A program made the position numbers and the translations under genes. DNA of 63,238 nucleotides, counting the filler, from Cercozoa sp. M6MM (lineage: Eukaryota > Protista > Endomyxa: Ascetosporea), in assembly GCA_040357565.1 (NCBI GenBank). It is 11 parts of 11 records of this genome, joined end to end, with 100 filler letters (N's around TTAATTAATTAA, not from the genome) between each part and the next. Parts side by side here need not be neighbours in the genome. Positions count along the whole stretch, not along the records: positions 25,351 to 32,895 come from JBDODJ010000619.1; positions 32,996 to 36,454 come from JBDODJ010001444.1; positions 36,555 to 46,070 come from JBDODJ010000478.1; 8 more parts are not named here. One strand, 5' to 3'. Positions 25,733-41,602 of this stretch are shown piece after piece; position 1 is the stretch's first letter, and each line of letters starts with the position of its first letter. The notes under the pieces are model-generated. The model was not told the origin of the DNA. It made no database searches and was given only the letters and a program-made list of their open reading frames with translations.

Positions 25733-28133
25733 TCCATAAGTAGTACAGTACACACAGTACGGGACAAAGGACAATGTACCAGTGCCAAAGTTAAAGCCGC
25801 CGCTCGTGCCTTGCTGCTGCTGCGGCTGCGTGCCGAAGGAGAAACCGCCACCACCAGTCGTCGCTCCCTGTTGCTGCGTACCAAAGCCGCCCAGTCCAGT
25901 GCCTGCACATGCACACCCATACCTTCACATACCCTCACACACCACGGGATATCCGATACCCGTTTTTTGCTGTCCAAAACCAAAACCACCGCCCGTTTGC
26001 TGCTGACCAAAGCTGCTTGACACCACCTCAAGTTAGTGCAGTCACAAATTGCGCCGTCAAGTCAGTCCATAGCATACGGATACAAGACTGCAGTACCCAA
26101 AGCCTCCACCCGCAGGCTTCTGCTGCTGCGGCTGCTGCGTGCCGAACGAGAAGCCGCCCGTGCCACCTGCCGCCGGCTGCTGCTGCTGCGTGCCGAAGCC
26201 AAAGCCGCCGCCGGTCGACGTGCCGCCCGTGCCGCCGAAACTAAAGCCTCCTGGTCTACCCAGGGGGGGGGGGGGTAAAGCAGCAACATTAAAAGTGCCA
26301 AGACCAAGTTTACTTGGCGCCCGTGCCGGTTTGACCAAAGCCGAAGCCGCCGCCGCCACTCTATATCAACATTTTGTCCAGTCTCAGACCCAAACCCAAT
26401 CCCAGTCCTAGCTCCAGTCCCAGTCCACGTGAAGTCAAAGAGTCAGCAGGTACCTGCTGCTGCGTGCCGAATCCGCCGAGACCGCCCGTCTGTCCGAACC
26501 TGCGCAGGACACGGATGATTACACCAGGAGACAGATAGTGACTCAGTGTACCCAGTGGTCGTGCCGCCGGTGGCACCAGTCTGGCCAAAGCCGCCGAAAC
26601 CGCCGCCGCTCTGCGTCGTTGTGCCACCGAAACCTCCGGTCTACGCAGTACTCACATCAGTCCACAGGTACCTCGTCCATATGTACTGTCCGTTCGGACT
26701 GTCCATTTTAAACTGTTCATTTGGGTGCGTACCTGTGCGCCTTGTCCAAATCCAAAACCGCCGCCTTGTGTCTGCTGCACACGTGAAATACAGTACACTC
26801 GGAGGGAGGGAGGGAGTGAGAGACTCTGCTCTATGTGTAGTTGTACAGCAGCCTTGGCAGCCAACGGCGACGCCATGCGCTTCGTCATGTCTTCATAACG
26901 CAGCTCCTCCGTGCTCTACACATACGTGCACCTCCTCTTCATACCACCTTGTGTCACTGTGTCACCCCCCAAGGATCACCCTGTGTTTTTACCTTGTGCT
27001 GGAAGGCAGGCATGGCGGTGATGGCCTGGAAGCGCTGCGTCTGCTTGAGTCCCTGCGAAGAAGTCCATCCCATGCCACCCCAGTCGCCTCTCTGACACCT
27101 CTGTATTACAACAAAGAGACTATACCTTGCGAGTCGTCTGAGTCACTGTCGTCGGCGTGTATTGAACACCGCTCGTGCCTACCTGACCCTGCACACATTT
27201 ACATTCAAGTTTACACACACAGACACACAGAAGAGACAGAGCAAAGCCTACACCAGTCGCTTGTTGTTGTTGCTGCTGCTGCTGCTGCTGCTGGCCAAAT
27301 CCACCGCCACCAAAGCCAGTCGTTGTTCCACCTATCGGGGGGGGGGGGGGGTAAGGTGTAAGACAAAAGAAGACGACGAACAAGAAGAAGTACCGAAGCC
27401 AGTGGCACCGCCAGTGCCGGTCTGACCAAAGCCAAAGCCGCCCGTGCCCTGCGTCAACCCAGAACAAGCAACAGTCACACGGACAAATACAAGGCGGCAA
27501 ATACGGGGAGACGAGAAAGGGGGGAGAGCTACCTGCTGCTGCTGCGGCTGCTGCTGCTGGCCAAAGCCACCGAACCCACCGCCTGTGCTGGTACCGGTGC
27601 CACTGCGAGTCAAGTCACACCACATCATACCACCGAGCAGAGATACATCATGCACACAGACAAGCAGTACGTGGAGCCAAAGCCAAAGCCTCCGCCCGAC
27701 TGCGTCGTCGTCTGACCAAAGCCGCCTGTCGATTGGCCTATGCCCAAACACACACTCGCACGTCCTACCCCCCCCCACAGAAGACAACATATGGCAAGAC
27801 TACCTGTAGTGGCACCGAACGCATTGGAACCGCCTCCGCCGAAACTGAAGCCTCCGCCACCACCTGACACAGCAAGGGTATCAGTTTGACACATCAGTGT
27901 GACTTCAACGCAAAGACGGCGCACGCAGCACACCAGCACTACCAGTTGTGGCGCCCGTGCTGCCGAAGCCGCCAAAGCCGCCGCCGCCTCTGCCAAGTGG
28001 ATCACATTTATTCACTCTCTGTGCTATCATTTGATCAAGGCTGCGTGTACGTGGTGCTGCCGGTGCCGGCGCCGAACCCGCCAAAACCACCTCCGCTGCG
28101 TCAACAACATCAAATAAAATACGTTCACACACA

Positions 28134-28189
<56 letters not shown>

Positions 28190-28340
28190 GTACCCTGTTG
28201 CAGACTGTGGCGGCGTGCCGAAATTGAAGCCACCGCCTGCGCCGGTGCTGCCACCGGTGCCACCGAAGCCTGCATTACCAAACTCAATAATATTGGGAAA
28301 TTCAAGCATATTTGTAAAGCTAACAGTTACCAAAGCCCAT
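25398..28340 (-). CDS. NUP98: FG-repeat nucleoporin NUP98 N-terminal region with GLEBS motif (3' truncated)
   Basis: MGF|GFGG start; many GGFGFG/GGFSFG + Q/T repeats on tiny exons; GLEBS motif QRFQAITAMPAFQHK|STEELRYEDM (cf. ITAM..Y..KSLEELR.EDY) at about 26880-27050. Confidence 0.85.
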
Positions 28341-28455
28341 ACTAAGTGCGGGCACACTTGCCAGTTGCCGTGTGACGCACAGGGCTACTTTTGTTGGGAC
28401 ACGGGCTACAATTTTTGTAGCCACGCATTCTTTTGCCAGGAAGCACGCCCTTGAC

Positions 28456-30411
<1,956 letters not shown>

Positions 30412-30530
30412 ACTCGCGATTGCGTTGGTCGGTTTGTCGTGTACGCGTACGATGTCACTTCAGCAACATCTCGTCTGATGTGCGATTCTAACTAACTGCC
30501 ATGGCATGACATTCAAACGATTTATAATTA

Positions 30531-31196
30531 CTACGTTCGCACGTCAATGTGCAGCGACACGGGCGCCTGCAGCATCGTCTCCAGAGTTTTAGTGACTCGG
30601 CGCTTCATGGCCTCAACTGCTTGGCCTCCTTTGCCTGTATGCACGCATGAAAAGTAACACAAAGGGATGGTAATGTTGTTATTTATTCTTCAGTACCGAG
30701 GAACATGGCAATGTGCGACTCTCTCTTCACAGTGACCCCCACGGTTATAGTCCACTCATCGTCTATTGGCACAGATAGCGAAACGTTTTGCGCATTTCAA
30801 AAACAACTGGCTTACCCTTTTGCTGTAATCGATCGAGCTTGAATTTCGCAGTGTATGGAATCTCCTGTACACGAGAGGAATTCCCAGACGATAGCATTTG
30901 GAGGAGAAGAACATATGGGCGTGTACCTCGTGCATATTTTCGTAGCACTGCTCGCGCACCAGTTCGCAGACACGCTCTTCCAGTGGCAGGTCGCTTGAGA
31001 CCTTGGCGGCAAACTCCCACTGCTCCACCGGTTGTGCCACACTCATCAGGTAGGTCTACATGTGCCACAAAAATGCAAGGACGCACAGACACGCATGCAT
31101 GCACGAGGTAGCACCCTGAGCTCGTCAAGTCCTTTGCCAGCGTCGGCGACTGTCAAAAACGTGTGTCGAAACTGCTTGCCGAACTACCCGCAAGAA

Positions 31197-31249
<53 letters not shown>

Positions 31250-32288
31250 TACACAAGCAAGAGGAAGGGTACGACTTCAGAGAATCGTTTCTGTAGCTCT
31301 TGAATACGCAGAGGTGCCTCGTGGTCAAGTCGATCGACCTTGTTGAGCACCAGGGACACCTGCGTCGACGGGTGCGCCGACATCAGACGTCGCAGTCCGC
31401 GCAGCACCGGCACGTCGCGGAAAAAACTCTTGCGCGCTGCGTCCACCACGAACAGCACAACTTCGACACCCATGGCTCTACAGCAAGCACATTAAGGAAA
31501 GTGCAACAGCACAGCGACAGAGACGCAGTGCACCCCTTCCAGGCTCGGTCAGAGAGTTGCTTAGGACGGCCTTGCCGAGCGGGGCCTCGTCGGTCCTCGT
31601 CCAGTGCCAGAATACCCTGCAACAAATCATACTGCACATCCCTCTGAGTGATGCTTTTGTAGTACGGGAGTGTCGCGGAAGACGAGCTGCGTGAGGCGTT
31701 TGGGACACGTGTAGACACCTTGTGTGGTCACCTCGGTCGTGTTGACTTTGGGCGACACGGCCGAGATGCGGTCTTGCGTCAGTGCATTCAGAATTGTGCT
31801 CTTGCCGACATTTGGCACACCCACAATGGCGACTGTGAGTGCCTTCTTCCTGTAGAAAATCGATGCACGCACAGGAGGCATTGAGAACCATACTGCTTGT
31901 TTGTCGTCAGTGAATCACGGAACTCGCCATCATCGAGTGCGCCAACGGGACGCTCCTGTGCTAGTCGTTCGAAGAAGCGCTGTCGTCTGCGCCGACGAGC
32001 CGCCACTACAGACACACGCGTACACACAGACACACCAATCGTCATCAAGGTGGAAAGTGGGCGGAGGGAGGGGGTAATGGTAGCTTTATAGATCTTACGT
32101 TGCTCCGATGCAGACGGTTCCGCGCGCTGTAGTTCGCGAGTTACCAGATCGGTGGACTCGCGTGAAAGCACCGGGCCGTCCGCTGCGTCCGCGCGCACCG
32201 CATTGATTGGACCACGCGCACGTTTGCGCGCTCGCTGGGCGAAACTTAAGAAGCGCTGCGATCTAGCGACCTGCACTATGGCACGCAT
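30531..32288 (-). CDS. ERAL1: Era-family GTPase (ERAL1-like, probably mitochondrial)
   Basis: Arg-rich presequence; VAIVGVPNVGKST (G1), SPKVNTT (G2), DTP|G (G3), LVLNKVD (G4); ELVREQ..HE|EIPY and GKGG KH-like motif; TAG at 30531. Confidence 0.85.
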
Positions 32289-32846
32289 TGTTGTATTAGC
32301 ACACAGCGGCTAATGCCTGATCCTCTGATTATCACCTTAGCAATCGATCTACATACAGAGCGCCGGAACAATTAAAAAAAATACGACGTCATGCTCAGTG
32401 TCCTGCTGTACAGTAACAATCGAAACCCAGATCTACATACAGGAATGCCTTTTCGCATTTCATTATTATTTCACAGGCCTAGAGGCCGAAAACTCAGTCC
32501 GCAAGATCAGTGACGGCGATGAATTCGACCGTGATATCGTCGACGGGTGGCCGCACTAGTGCTTCCCGACATCTCACGAGCGACAGCTCTGACCAAAGGC
32601 ACATTTGAGGTTGCAGTTTCCAGTCCACAATCAAGCCAGTCACACCGCGCACACACATGGGAAACACATGCAGATGAAGTAACCATTGCGTCCCCTGCGA
32701 ACAGTGTCACGCAACACACTTTGCACAGCGGCAACGGCAGAACGCATAGCGTGGACGAGTCTATTGTTATCACCGCCGTGTTCGTCGTCGTCGGATTCAA
32801 GAAACACAAGCAGCAGGGCCGACATGAGGTCGCCCTACGTGAAAAC

Positions 32847-32895
<49 letters not shown>

Positions 32896-32995
32896 NNNNN
32901 NNNNNNNNNNNNNNNNNNNNNNNNNNNNNNNNNNNNNNNTTAATTAATTAANNNNNNNNNNNNNNNNNNNNNNNNNNNNNNNNNNNNNNNNNNNN

Positions 32996-33038
<43 letters not shown>

Positions 33039-33918
33039 AGCGGAAACCTTAGAAGCGATGATATGGAGTCGATGCACAATCGTTTCCGTAAAAAACAGCA
33101 GGTTGAGCAGTTCCACCAAACAGGTGATCGCTCGAAGAACTTTGCGTTGTCTCCGTATCTGCATCGTCTTGCGGGAAAATACTGCAGCATTCGTGATGTC
33201 CAACACCACCAGTTGACCCAAACTCTCACGAGGCACATCTACGTCTTGTGCAGTATCGGCAATTCTGCGCGTCGGCTGACTGCTCGCATCGCGAAACAAA
33301 ATGCATCAACGACAGAGAGTGAGTCAAAATGTACACAATTCCACGTCTGTGAGAAAGAAGGGTTGCCGCAACCTCGCTATCGATGCTTTGCGTGTCGACG
33401 CATAGCAAGTTTTGCATGCGATGGCATGTAGAAGATAGCGTTAATCCATCTAGCGAGTCGCCATTCAGGAAAGAAGCGCACGCGAGTAGGGCCTGTAAGA
33501 TAAATTATTTCAGGTAAAACTGACTTACTTTTAACACAAAACAACTGAAGGAGCTGTTTACTTCATCTGGAAGATCGATTAGCCAGGAGTGCGGGCGCAC
33601 GCGCCGAGCGGAGCGGCTACAACGACCAAGGAGGGCAAAACGATTCGGCCAGTATCGGCATTGCCGTCGGAACCAAGGGCGCTCATCATTTCTTGTCATC
33701 ACAGTGCCGACGTCACTTGCTTCCACAATCTCCGGCCCCGGCACGGAAACTTCCAGGACTAGGTCTCCACTGTTCGGATTAGCTCTGGTCACACTGGAGT
33801 CATCAGGTACTCCAGCGTCGTCTCTTTCAACTTGAAAAACGTAAATCCGTCTCGGAGCCGCTCGCGCTACGCGGAGTGCGACGCACGCGATTAACGCCAA
33901 AACTACTGCGCGAATCAT
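33039..33918 (-). CDS. hypothetical secreted protein (3' truncated)
   Basis: Signal peptide MIRAVVLALIACVALRVARA followed by spliced exons up to the contig edge. Confidence 0.5.
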
Positions 33919-34185
33919 CGAGACGAGCCTGGCCCTAAGTGGTGTCGGTTCAGGCACAAACTGAACGTTGAAAGGTAAGAGAACCGCGGAACGAAAAATT
34001 CAAAAACGATAAAAGCCCGAGCAACGAGCCCGAGTCACCGTGTTGATGATGCTATGGGCGACGACCCGGGGACGAGACTCCCGTTTCCCCGTCAGTCGAG
34101 TCGAATGCACTTAAATTAAGCGAACGGAAGTAGAGTTACGTTAGCTTAAACGACTTACGATGGCTGCGCTGACCGCATCCGCTCC

Positions 34186-35196
34186 CTACAGATCACTGTC
34201 GATGGAGGAGGACCGCGAGTCGGACAGTGAGCCAAAGCCAGAGCCGGAGGGACTGGCAGGGCCGAACGGATTGCGGCTTTCGTAGGTGCGACCGTGTCCG
34301 TAAACACTGCGGCCGTGTCCGTAGACACTGCGCACACTGCTACCAGTCGGTGCTGGTGTCGGACGGATGCGTGCATGTGTGCTGCCACCAGAGGCCTCAT
34401 CATCGAACGGGTTGAACGCTGGCGCACTGTCGAACGGGTTGCCACCTCTGCTGGGAGTGCTACCACCCGACGACAACAATCCGCCCGTGTCCGCGCGGAA
34501 ACTCCTAGCGGCTACACTTGGCGTCTTGACCTCTGGCTCCACGAGTGACTGCGTGTCGGTGTCGCCGTCTTCTCGCCACTGGGGGAGGGGTAGGGATAAG
34601 GGGGTAAGGAAAGAGAGCGAGGATACCTGCAGCATCTGCTCGAAGCGATCGGCGCAGTGGTAGTGCACGGCGACGCCTTGCTTGGCGAACACTTTGAACC
34701 ACGTGCTCGGCATCACCGCTCGCAGGCACACTGGACACTGCCGGGGGGTAAAGAAAGGGTAGGGATAAAGAGGTGGGTGGGAAGGTACCTTGGAGTGCTT
34801 GCCACCGTCCAGCAGCACGGAAGGCTCACGTGCCTTGAGCCACTTCAGCTTGGCGTTGAGTGCGCGCAGTCTCGTCAGCGACAGACGGATGCGCGTGCTG
34901 CGCATCGCATGGCCTAGCTGCGGCATCGACTGACGCAGGAACTCCTGCGCAGGGGGGGGGGGGGTAACGGAGGTGAATGTGAGTAAAGTAAGGCGTAAAA
35001 TGGGGGTAAAATGGAAGTAAAGAGGGTAGGGTTAGGATACGTTGAACAAGGAGATGGGTGCATCGTCGGGCAGCAACGCCAGCGCCAGCGACGGCGACAA
35101 ATCGCGCGCGTGGTTCTCCACAATGTCCAGCACGTCGTCCAGCGCGTCCGATCGCTCCTGGCTCAGCACCACGTCCAGCAGCACGCACAGCTTGGC

Positions 35197-35262
<66 letters not shown>

Positions 35263-36420
35263 NNNNNNNNNNNNNNNNNNNNNNNNNNNNNNNNNNNNNN
35301 NNNNNNNNNNNNNNNNNNNNNNNNNNNNNNNNNNNNNNNNNNNNNNNNNNNNNNNNNNNNNNTGTGTGTGTGGGGGGGGGGGGTAAGGACAGGGTGGGAT
35401 ATGGGGGTAGGGGCAGGACTACCACCGAGGCGTCACCAGGTCCGGCAGCAGCTCGGAGTATTTCCGACTCAGTCGCGCATGTGTCTCCTGTGACAGGTGC
35501 ACCTCCTTCAGCGGTACTGTCGCTTGCAGTTGCTATGTGTCAGGGGTAAAGGGGGTGGGGTACGGAGGTGTAAGAGGGTAGTAGGTGTACCACATCTCGA
35601 GTGACCTCGAGGTCGTCAGGAATCTCGCCCGTCTGTCTTTGCGGTGCCGATACTGACGACAGACTCGGTGCCTGGGGGGGGGGGGGGGGAATAGGGGCTA
35701 AAGCGGCGGGCCCCCACGCGGGCAAAACCTCCTGCTGTGCCGCCGCGTGCGGCGGGAGTGGCAGAAATACGAGCGCGCCGTCGCTGCAGAATTCGAGTGC
35801 CGCATCAATGTCCTTCAGCGTCAACATTACTACACGGGGGGGGGGGGCGCAAAAAGGGAGGACGTAAGTAAAGGGGAGGACGGAAGGTAAAGCTCACTAT
35901 GCTGCAGCACATCGCGATGCCGCTCCAATTTGGCCAGCACGATTATTTTCTCCTCGGCGAAACCGTCACTACGGGGGGAGGGGGGTAGGGGGCAAAGGGA
36001 TAAAAGGGGATACAACTTACAGCGCAGCCAGTTTCTGCAGCACGTGCTTGCGCGAGTAGTGCATCGACGTGAGCAGAAAGTGAGCTAGTCGGTAGCGCAC
36101 GTGAGACGCTTCGAGTGACTCGAGTGGCACGTGCGTGTCTTCAGTCAGGAGGGACACGGCGACGAGAAACGCCTCGGCCAGCAGGTCGTGGCACCGCGGC
36201 GTGCGCAGTCGCAGTATCATCTGTCCACATGTGATACCACGTGACCCTCCCACGTGTCCCAGTCAGAAAGTACCGCACCCCATAAGTGAGAGTCAGAAGG
36301 TACCACCACGTGCTCAAGGTAGGCCAGTCGCAGTGCGTTGTCAAAGGACAGGAAATCCGCCACTCGCGCAACGTCCAACGACACTGTTCGCGACGACGAC
36401 GTGAAGATCTTGAGACCCTG
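34186..36420 (-). CDS. VPS39/Vam6-TGFBRAP1 (Vps3)-like tethering subunit, C-terminal part with zinc finger (5' truncated)
   Basis: EEKIIVLAKLERHRDVL, DIDAALEFC, LALLPDDAPISLFN|EFLRQSM..RIRLSL, CPVC..FKVF..GVAVHYHC (Vps39_2-type domain), then an NPF-containing tail. Confidence 0.75.
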
Positions 36421-36554
36421 TCACGCATACACCAAGCTTTACCCCCTTACCCCCNNNNNNNNNNNNNNNNNNNNNNNNNNNNNNNNNNNNNNNNNNNNTT
36501 AATTAATTAANNNNNNNNNNNNNNNNNNNNNNNNNNNNNNNNNNNNNNNNNNNN

Positions 36555-36602
<48 letters not shown>

Positions 36603-36647
36603 GAAATCCTGTCGGACACATGCCCCGTGTACACAACGAGGATGTAC

Positions 36648-37612
36648 CCGTGGAGTAGGCATCAGCCAGCGTCACGAAGCCGAACTCGCTCGTGCTGCAC
36701 AATTAAGTTCACTTCGTTGAATCCACCTCCCTTCTATTTTAACCCAAAAGGATACACGCACCTGTAGATGATGAGGTCCTCGGCCATCTTGCTCAGGTGC
36801 AGAGCCACAGTGGCTGCCCACTGCACAGCAATAGAACAGACTCAATGTGTGTAACGTATATATACACAGCTGCCCTACCTGCAGGGTCTCTGTCACAAAG
36901 TCTCTGTCTGTGCAGGCGGGGGGGGGGGTAGATGCTTCTGTCATAGGGACAGATATATGTGCAGTGTACCAGCAGTTCCATCGAGCGAGTTGACGCTGAT
37001 TTCGTCGAACTCGAGTTGCTCCGCCAGGTACTTCAGAAACAAACATTTCGACACACACAAACACACACACACACATGCTCATCGGGATGGACAAAGGCGA
37101 GTGCTACATGACGATCAATCTTGAAGGCGTTGCCGGCCAGAGCACCACTGCCCAGCGGTAGCACATTGACGCGCGCACGGATCTCCTGCAGGCGCTCTGT
37201 ACAGCAACACACATGTACAAATGCACAAATGCACACACATGCACACACAAAAGCACATGCACAGGATGAAACAGGCAAGAACAGCTACGTGCATCGCGGC
37301 GAAGTGCCGTACAGTGCGCCAGCAGCCAGTGCGAGAAACGAATCGGCTGCGCACGCTGCAGGTGCGTGTACCTGCGATGCGACAGACTTACGGACAGCTT
37401 GGATACAAGCGCAGGGGAGTGAATACCCAGGCATTAGGAGTGCTTTCTCTTTGTCGGCACGACGCACGCACACGCTGACTGTGTACCAGGCAGACTTATA
37501 AGAGGCAGAGTAGCAAGGAAACACAGAGCGGTTACTCAACGAAGCCAGCAGGTTGCCCAACTCGTCAATGTGCTCGCGCGTCCACATGCGCAGGTCGGTG
37601 GCCACCTGGAAA

Positions 37613-37686
<74 letters not shown>

Positions 37687-38307
37687 CACACACACCACGT
37701 ATCCATACCATCAGGTACACACATATGATATGATACCTGATCGTTGCGCGAACGGCCCGTGTGCAGCTTCTTGCCAACCTCACCGACGAGTTCCTTCAGA
37801 CAAACACATTGACATGCAGCATGCCGACATGAAGTGCACAGTGCGAGAAGAACGAAGCTACGACCAGACGGCGCTCGTTGGCCGTGTGGATGTCCTCGTC
37901 GCTCGGCAGCTCGCTGAGGTTGAAGCTATCCAGGTAGAAAGACTAAAGGACAGAATGCAAGCTACACAAAGGTGCCGTTCTCCCACTCCTCGAGCACGGT
38001 TTGCAGGCCCGCCACGAGCGAGTTCGTCTACGTTCGGCGCACTCTCGCACATCCAAACACATGTGCACACACAAGAAACGCACCTCCTCTTCAGTCAACA
38101 GACCGGCCTTGTGAAGACCCTGTTCATAACACACTTGACACAGGGCAAGGTCGACCAGCCGCAACATCTGCCTACCTTGGCATACGCCTTGGATCCGATC
38201 AGGTCCTGGCGCCACAGTCGGCGACAGAACGGTAGCGAGCGGTTGAAGCGCTCCATGTCAGGATCCACTTGACCAGAGAAACGGCCGCCCCACAGCTTGG
38301 CAGACAT
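36648..38307 (-). CDS. ASL: argininosuccinate lyase (3' truncated)
   Basis: [85 protein letters not shown]. Confidence 0.96.
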
Positions 38308-38683
38308 CGCGTTTGAGGTTTCCGAAACAAAGCTACAATTGTACAAGGTTGACCAACCAAGTCAATTAATTTACTGCTCTGCGGCCTCTGCGTTGTGACC
38401 AAATCAATGAACCGCGATCGTACATTAGGAATCCGATGGCACGCACGGAAGAGCACAGCACCGTATGGCGAGTTGCCGGGTTGGAGCGGCGTTTTTCTTG
38501 TTTTAAAACTGGTTTTCAGTCAGTTTTTGAGTCCATATTCGTGTTCAGTCAGGTTGTTGACTAACTGCTAAAAGGAGGCAGACATACTGCAACTAATTTA
38601 CTGCCCAGAGTAGTAAAATTCAGGTGCAAAGGCGGCCACGTCGGGTACAGCGTCATCGACGTGAAGCAACAGGCGCAGGACCT

Positions 38684-38862
38684 TTAAAACAGCAGTCGAT
38701 CAGCCAAGGCGAGGAAATGTCGGAAACAAAGGTACCGAAAAGGGCTGCGTGGTGTTGGCGGCACTCTGCTTGCAGAAGTCGGCACACGCATCAACCACGC
38801 GGCGCGCGAGGTCCTCGCAGTATCGATCCCAGGCGTGACACTCGGGCTTGTGTAGCTCTGCA

Positions 38863-38911
<49 letters not shown>

Positions 38912-38921
38912 NNNNNNNNNN

Positions 38922-38972
<51 letters not shown>

Positions 38973-41570
38973 CACAACTACAGCGTGCAGAGAAGGAAGC
39001 TGCGGTGATCTTACCAGAGAAACGCAAGACGAGAGGCAGGTTCAGCGAGGCCACCACACTGTGAGTCAATGCGTGCCTCGTTCTATACACAGGGGGGAAT
39101 TAACTCAAGAAACGCCTCCACATGTATAGCACCTCAGCAAGACACGCAACGTTGGCGGCGTCTTCTGAGCCAGCAGATTCACAAGCGCGTGCCGTCGAAC
39201 AAAGTCGACCTGCGAGAGTGCGACAGTGTGACCACTTACAGGAACAGTAGAATGGTGGGCTACATCATCGGCCAGTCGCTTGGCACGAAGCAGCGGTCGC
39301 GACAGTCGGCGCATCAGTCGTCGCGCCTGTCGCAGCGTTGTCACACCACGTACCTGTCACAGCACACACACACACATACACATGCACACATACACACAAC
39401 ACACACACACATACACATGCACACATACACACAACACACACATACACACACTCACAAACACTCACACCGATCAACACAATTTTCTCTCGCACCAATCGAC
39501 ATGCAAGTAGGCAGAGCATACGGCAGCAGCGACGTCGATTCGCGCCTCTCGCAGAAAGGCGTGCAACAAACGGCCTTGCTCCGGGTCCTAGACACAGACA
39601 TAGGCACACACATACACAATACCGCTGCATGTGCGCACCTGAGCGAGAAGTTGAAACTGTAGTCGCACGGGTCGCTGCAGATCACTGGTGCGCTCTTCGC
39701 GTTGTTGTCTGTGCTGCTCGCCGTCGGTCGCGCTGTGCTTGGTCTGCACAGAATGTCCTCCCGTTGCAGCAAAGGCAGGCACACATGGTGTGCCAAAGAG
39801 TACCTGCGGTTCTTCCTCTTTCTCCTGTGATGCAGCGATGGCTGCGGCCATGCTTTTTCTCTACACAGCCAAATAAGAGTAAGCCTGCACAAACCAACAG
39901 GAGTAGAGTAGAGGAAGGAGTACCGACAGCTTACGCGTCAAACGTCGCGTGAGATTGCGCGTCAAACGACGCGTGCGACGGCGCTGCCTCTCCTGTACAC
40001 ACACACACACCCTCACATATAAACAGGACGATGAAAGCGAGAGACACACGCAAAGAAGTACCTGTCGACGGAGCATGCGCTGCTGGTCCATGGAGGGAGC
40101 ACCGACACTGAACTTGACTACCTTGTCGCTGCCTCCACCGCTGCTATTGTCACTACTGGTGTCGTCATGCTGCTGTTGCTGTTGCTGTTGTTGTTGCCGT
40201 TGCCGTTGCTGTTGCTGTTGTTGCGAGCTAACCGAGTCGCTGTGCTGCTCATCCTCCTCGTCGCTGTTGCCGCTGTTGTCGTCATCGTTATTGTTGCTGT
40301 TGTTGTTGTCATCAGCAGCAGCGACATCTTCGATGTCATCCGAGTGAACGAAGCTAACGACGAAGCGAAACAGATTCGCCAGTGTTGCTGTGAAGCCTGT
40401 CACCTGTCAGTTCACACGCACATACACATGCACACACATACCAATCCTGCAAGCCTATACAGACAAACAAAGCAAGGAACGGAACAAGGGAGAGGTACCG
40501 TGCGGTGTCGCACGGTGTGCTGCGTTGCCCATCCACTCACGTGCTGCAGGGCACTCGCCTCGCGCAGGTGACCTCGCCGCTGCTGTCGCAGACGACGCAA
40601 CTGCTCACGCAGCTGCCTGCCCTCCGCCTCGGCCTGTGCCGCAGCTTCCTCGCTCTGCAGGATGCAAAACACACCATGGACATAGAGCACCAACCGACAG
40701 ACAGAGAGGGGAGGCAGGCCTACAGCATCAGCGGCACGGCGCGCGTCGTCGAGGATCCTGGTGCTCTCTGCCTGCGCCTGCTGCTGCTGCAGGGCGCGCG
40801 CCGTGTGCTCTAGTTGCTGCAGTCGCTGCCGTGCCTCCTGCACACGCGCACGCAACGCGGCTCGGTCGCCTTCGAGTTGCGCACACACGTGCGACAGTCG
40901 TTGCGTCATGGCCTGCAGCTGCTGCACAGAGACGCGTCGCCACTCCCCTGCTCAGTGTCACCATGTTGGACAGTGTGTATGCAAATGGAGTAAATACAGT
41001 TGGCGTGCTGCGCAGTGACCCGAGCGAGTCGCTGCAGCACTGGCGCCGCCTCGGGAGACTGCACGAAGCGACGCAGCGGCGACGCCACCCGCGCAGTGCG
41101 CACGAGTTGCCGCACCTGCTGCTGCACCTGCTGCGCCTGTCGCTCCAGTTGCGGTGCACGTGTGCGCAGTGAACTAGTCAGACACCACACATCAGTCAGT
41201 CACAACAGTCAGTCACAAAGGTCAATCATTCACAAGAACAGAGGGAGGGAGGCACAAGGAGTAGGGGGTCACACTACTTGAGATCAAAGGTATCAAAGTA
41301 GACGCGCGTCAGTCGCTCTTCCAGAGTCGACGGCGGCACCGCGTCCACCAACTGGTCGTCGTCGGAGCCTTGCTGCGGCGTCAGTGCCTGCGTGCGGCCC
41401 TGTGCCCCAGGTGTGCGATCGATAGAAACACCCGAGATGCGCCTGGTCTGTAGCGAGGAAGGTTAGGTACAGCGTGCAGGGGTGAGACAGAGGACTGGAG
41501 TACCTCAGGCAAGTCAGGGAAGCACGACAGCAGTGTATCGCACTCGATGGTTGGGTCTTCAGTACCGCCG

Positions 41571-41602
<32 letters not shown>

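Noticed and set aside
32391-32850. Gene start at the contig end
   Set aside because: No consistent spliced reading frame could be built on either strand.
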